Positions 61,182-64,000 of a stretch of DNA of 64,000 bases are shown piece after piece; the first letter of the stretch is position 1; every line of letters begins with the position of its first letter. The notes beneath the pieces are model-generated. The model was not told the origin of the DNA and did no database searches. It worked only from the letters and a program-made list of their open reading frames with translations. Location of the stretch: assembly GCF_006345805.1 (NCBI RefSeq), contig NC_043000.1:38750001-38814000 (forward strand). The letters are read 5' to 3'. The translations under genes and the position numbers were made by a program. The DNA comes from Octopus sinensis. Its lineage: Eukaryota.

Positions 61182-63251
61182 TATCAAACAAGTGTATACA
61201 TATAATAGGATGATGTCTAACGGATATATTGTTGCTGTTTCCCAGTTATAACATCATCGATTGCATTTATGCTGCAGAACATTAAAACTTTTGTGAAAGT
61301 TCAATTTACTTTTATTTCAGATGAAAGAAAATAATACTTATAACGTAATCTGCTGTTGGGTACCATTCCCAACACGTGTCTATATGTGTGTGTGAGTGAG
61401 CGTATGTGCCTCTTTGGGTGTGTGTGCGCGCGCGCGTGTTTGTGTGCGTGCGTGTGTGTGTGTGCTCGTTTGCTTGTGTGTATCATTCAGTAGACGCAAG
61501 GTTTAAATTCGTGCCAAAATTACGATGGTCGAACAGCCTTCTTTTGCGTCATAGCGAGCCGTGTATAACCCAAAATGACGTAGATTCTATAATGCGACAC
61601 GAACACACACACACACATACACACACACACACAAACACACACACATACACACATTAATCAACATATACATATATATATATATATATAAAATATCGCTACT
61701 TTAAGTTACACTGGTGACAGTGATAAATTCCCCTACATATATTTACTTGAATGTTTCCCTATATTTCCTATGGTCAGGCTATTCAGTTGATTGACTTGAA
61801 GAAACTTCAACGTGCGATACGCAATGTGGCAGGCAACCGTTATATTACCTTCATATACACATAGTTACATGTTCACGCATGCATACATAAATACACTCAG
61901 ACATACATACACAACGAATATCTATTTCCAAAATTCTACGGTTTACTCCCGTAATGGGAAGTTAATATCTATGCTCGTAGCTCGACTTCTGTTGTCCTTG
62001 TTATTTTTCTAGTGATTGGTTGTTTTCTTAAAGGATTTTTCGACTCCGATTTTCACAACAATGCTGGGACCGTGTGTGCCTTATCATAATATAAATTAAT
62101 TATAAAATTTATATATACGTATACATATACATAAATACATACATATATATATATATACATACATATATATATGTATATATTATTTAATAAACAAAGTATC
62201 TATTTTTATGAGCTGCTAGTATGTTCATGGGATTAAAATGACTGAATCAGCATTTTATAGCATGTCTGCTGCCATCACGTAATCCTGAGGCTCTGCCTAG
62301 ATGACATAAACAGCTAAAGCAGGACAGATGATAGAATGAGAGAGAATACGAGAAAGGCGAAAAGGAAGTCGATGTAAAATGTGGAACGTTGAAAACACCG
62401 AAAATCGAAAAAGAACAAAGGCGGAGAATTAGAATTATGTCCCCTTTGATCGTAAAGGCACAAGGCTGAATGGATATGGGCCTTGAGACTGTGGTACTGC
62501 TGCTCAATTCGAAGACGGTAGATTTTTCTTTTCGCCAACAAGTACTTATCCATATCTTTACATTCGCTAAAAATTTCAGTTCTAGAAGTCAACAGTTCAA
62601 TGAAGAACCTAGATCTAAAAGATCATCTTCCCTTCACGAAACAGTATACTATACATATGTATATATATATAATTTTTATTGATGTGATGTATCTCAAAGA
62701 AAACATAGATATAAGAATAGCGAGTAAATATAGATTTTAAAACGCTTTGCATAGAAAATGCCTAAAGATGGCAGGTGATTTACCATTGTTTCAAAGCAAT
62801 CCTTTGAAATTCTCTTTCCATTTTAGAAATTTTATTCTAACCTGCAAGAATTCTATGTTGTTGAGGTTATGAGAATTTATAAGCCTTGTGCCACTCTGTA
62901 CCACTTGGTATTGGGACTGATATGCCATAAATTAAATAAAGCTATAAAATTTGGGGCTAGATATTGAGATATAAATTTATTTATTTTAAGATACAACGTT
63001 GCATATAAAGAACAATTATCTTATTCTCTTGAAGTTTATAAAATAAATGAAGAGCTAAACTGTTGCCACGAACATTTTCGTTAACCATCTTTGTTTATTT
63101 CAAACCTTGTTTATTGCATACGACATATTATGAATGATGACGTAATCACTCAGATTGTGCTTATACCCTGAATTATATATATATATATATATAAATATTT
63201 ATGCGTGTATGTGTGTATAAAGAGAGAGAAAGAAGTAAGATAGATAGGTAG

Positions 63252-63298
<47 letters not shown>

Positions 63299-63667
63299 CA
63301 TTTCATAATTATAGGATTTATATCCGAGCTCCTTCAAATTTCATGCTCGGAAAGCGCGATACTGGCAAGAGCCTGTATAGTGTACTGTGCTCGATTGAGC
63401 AATTGTTCGGCTTCAGATAACATTGGAGCCACGCGAAGGAATACAAGAAAAGCAAATGAGAATAAAGGTTAAGAAGCATTTTAAGTTAAAGAAGGATATT
63501 TTTATCGCGCTGTATCGAGTCTTTCTTCCTGATCCTCCCAATGAGCGGAGAGTACGCTATGTACATACATCGCATGCATACAGATAGGTGTGTGTTTGCG
63601 CGAGCGTATGTGTGTGTATGTGCGTGTGTGTGAGTGAGTGTAATGTGGCATGTGTGCGTGCGTGTAG

Positions 63668-63715
<48 letters not shown>

Positions 63716-63718
<3 letters not shown>

Positions 63719-63934
63719 ACAGTCTGTCGGTTACGACGATGAGGGCCCCAGCTGCTCCGATCAACGGAACAGCTTGCTCGTGAAATTACCGTACAAGTGG
63801 CTGAGCACTCCACAGACACGGGTACTCTTAATGTAGTTCTCAAGTCGATTCACCGTGACGCAGAGGTGTGACAAAGCTGGCCCTTCTAAATACAAGTACT
63901 ACCCATTTTTGCCCTAAACACTAAGCCACGCGCC
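63716..63934 (-). mobile_element. SINE family D with internal deletion
   Basis: Head GGCGCGTGGCTTAGTGTTTAGG is fused directly to the body (GCAAAAATGGGTAGTAC) shared with 21697-22013. Confidence 0.85.
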
Positions 63935-63950
63935 TTCACTATCTATCTAT

Positions 63951-64000
<50 letters not shown>

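Noticed and set aside
62247-62682. Overlapping short ORFs as a host exon
   Set aside because: An internal stop lies between the segments, and there is no recognisable domain or supported splice pair

Overview
AT-rich, microsatellite-saturated animal DNA that is intergenic or intronic. The SINE repertoire looks like Octopus/coleoid cephalopod DNA; this comes from remembered families, not a search. I cannot support any host protein-coding gene, rRNA, true tRNA gene or CRISPR array. Most listed ORFs are translations of simple repeats. The recognisable content is mobile DNA: (i) a 5'-truncated Penelope-like element (RT thumb + GIY-YIG, Neptune-like) at 3.2-4.7 kb; (ii) five R4/Dong-like restriction-endonuclease LINE fragments, four of them in two convergent (TAA)n-associated clusters (36.5-39.5 kb plus strand; 41.0-44.4 kb minus strand) and one at 44.8-46.0 kb; (iii) CR1/L2-like and RTE-like fragments; (iv) two mariner remnants, MITEs and Helitron-like ends; (v) about 30 tRNA-derived SINE copies from several families. 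The hidden layer is RNA structure. I can fold at least nine minimal type-I hammerhead ribozyme motifs by hand (CUGANGA...GAAA, palindromic helix III, complementary helix I arms), plus several degenerate or uncertain ones. The best candidates for something undescribed are: a tRNA-headed, hammerhead-tailed short element with a Penelope-style inverted 5' repeat (23.7-24.2 kb); a hammerhead family with a shared A6U core change; and a ~550-bp non-coding element that shares strand-specific (TAA)n sites with Dong LINEs. SINE and LINE boundaries were placed by eye and are approximate (about +/-10-20 nt).
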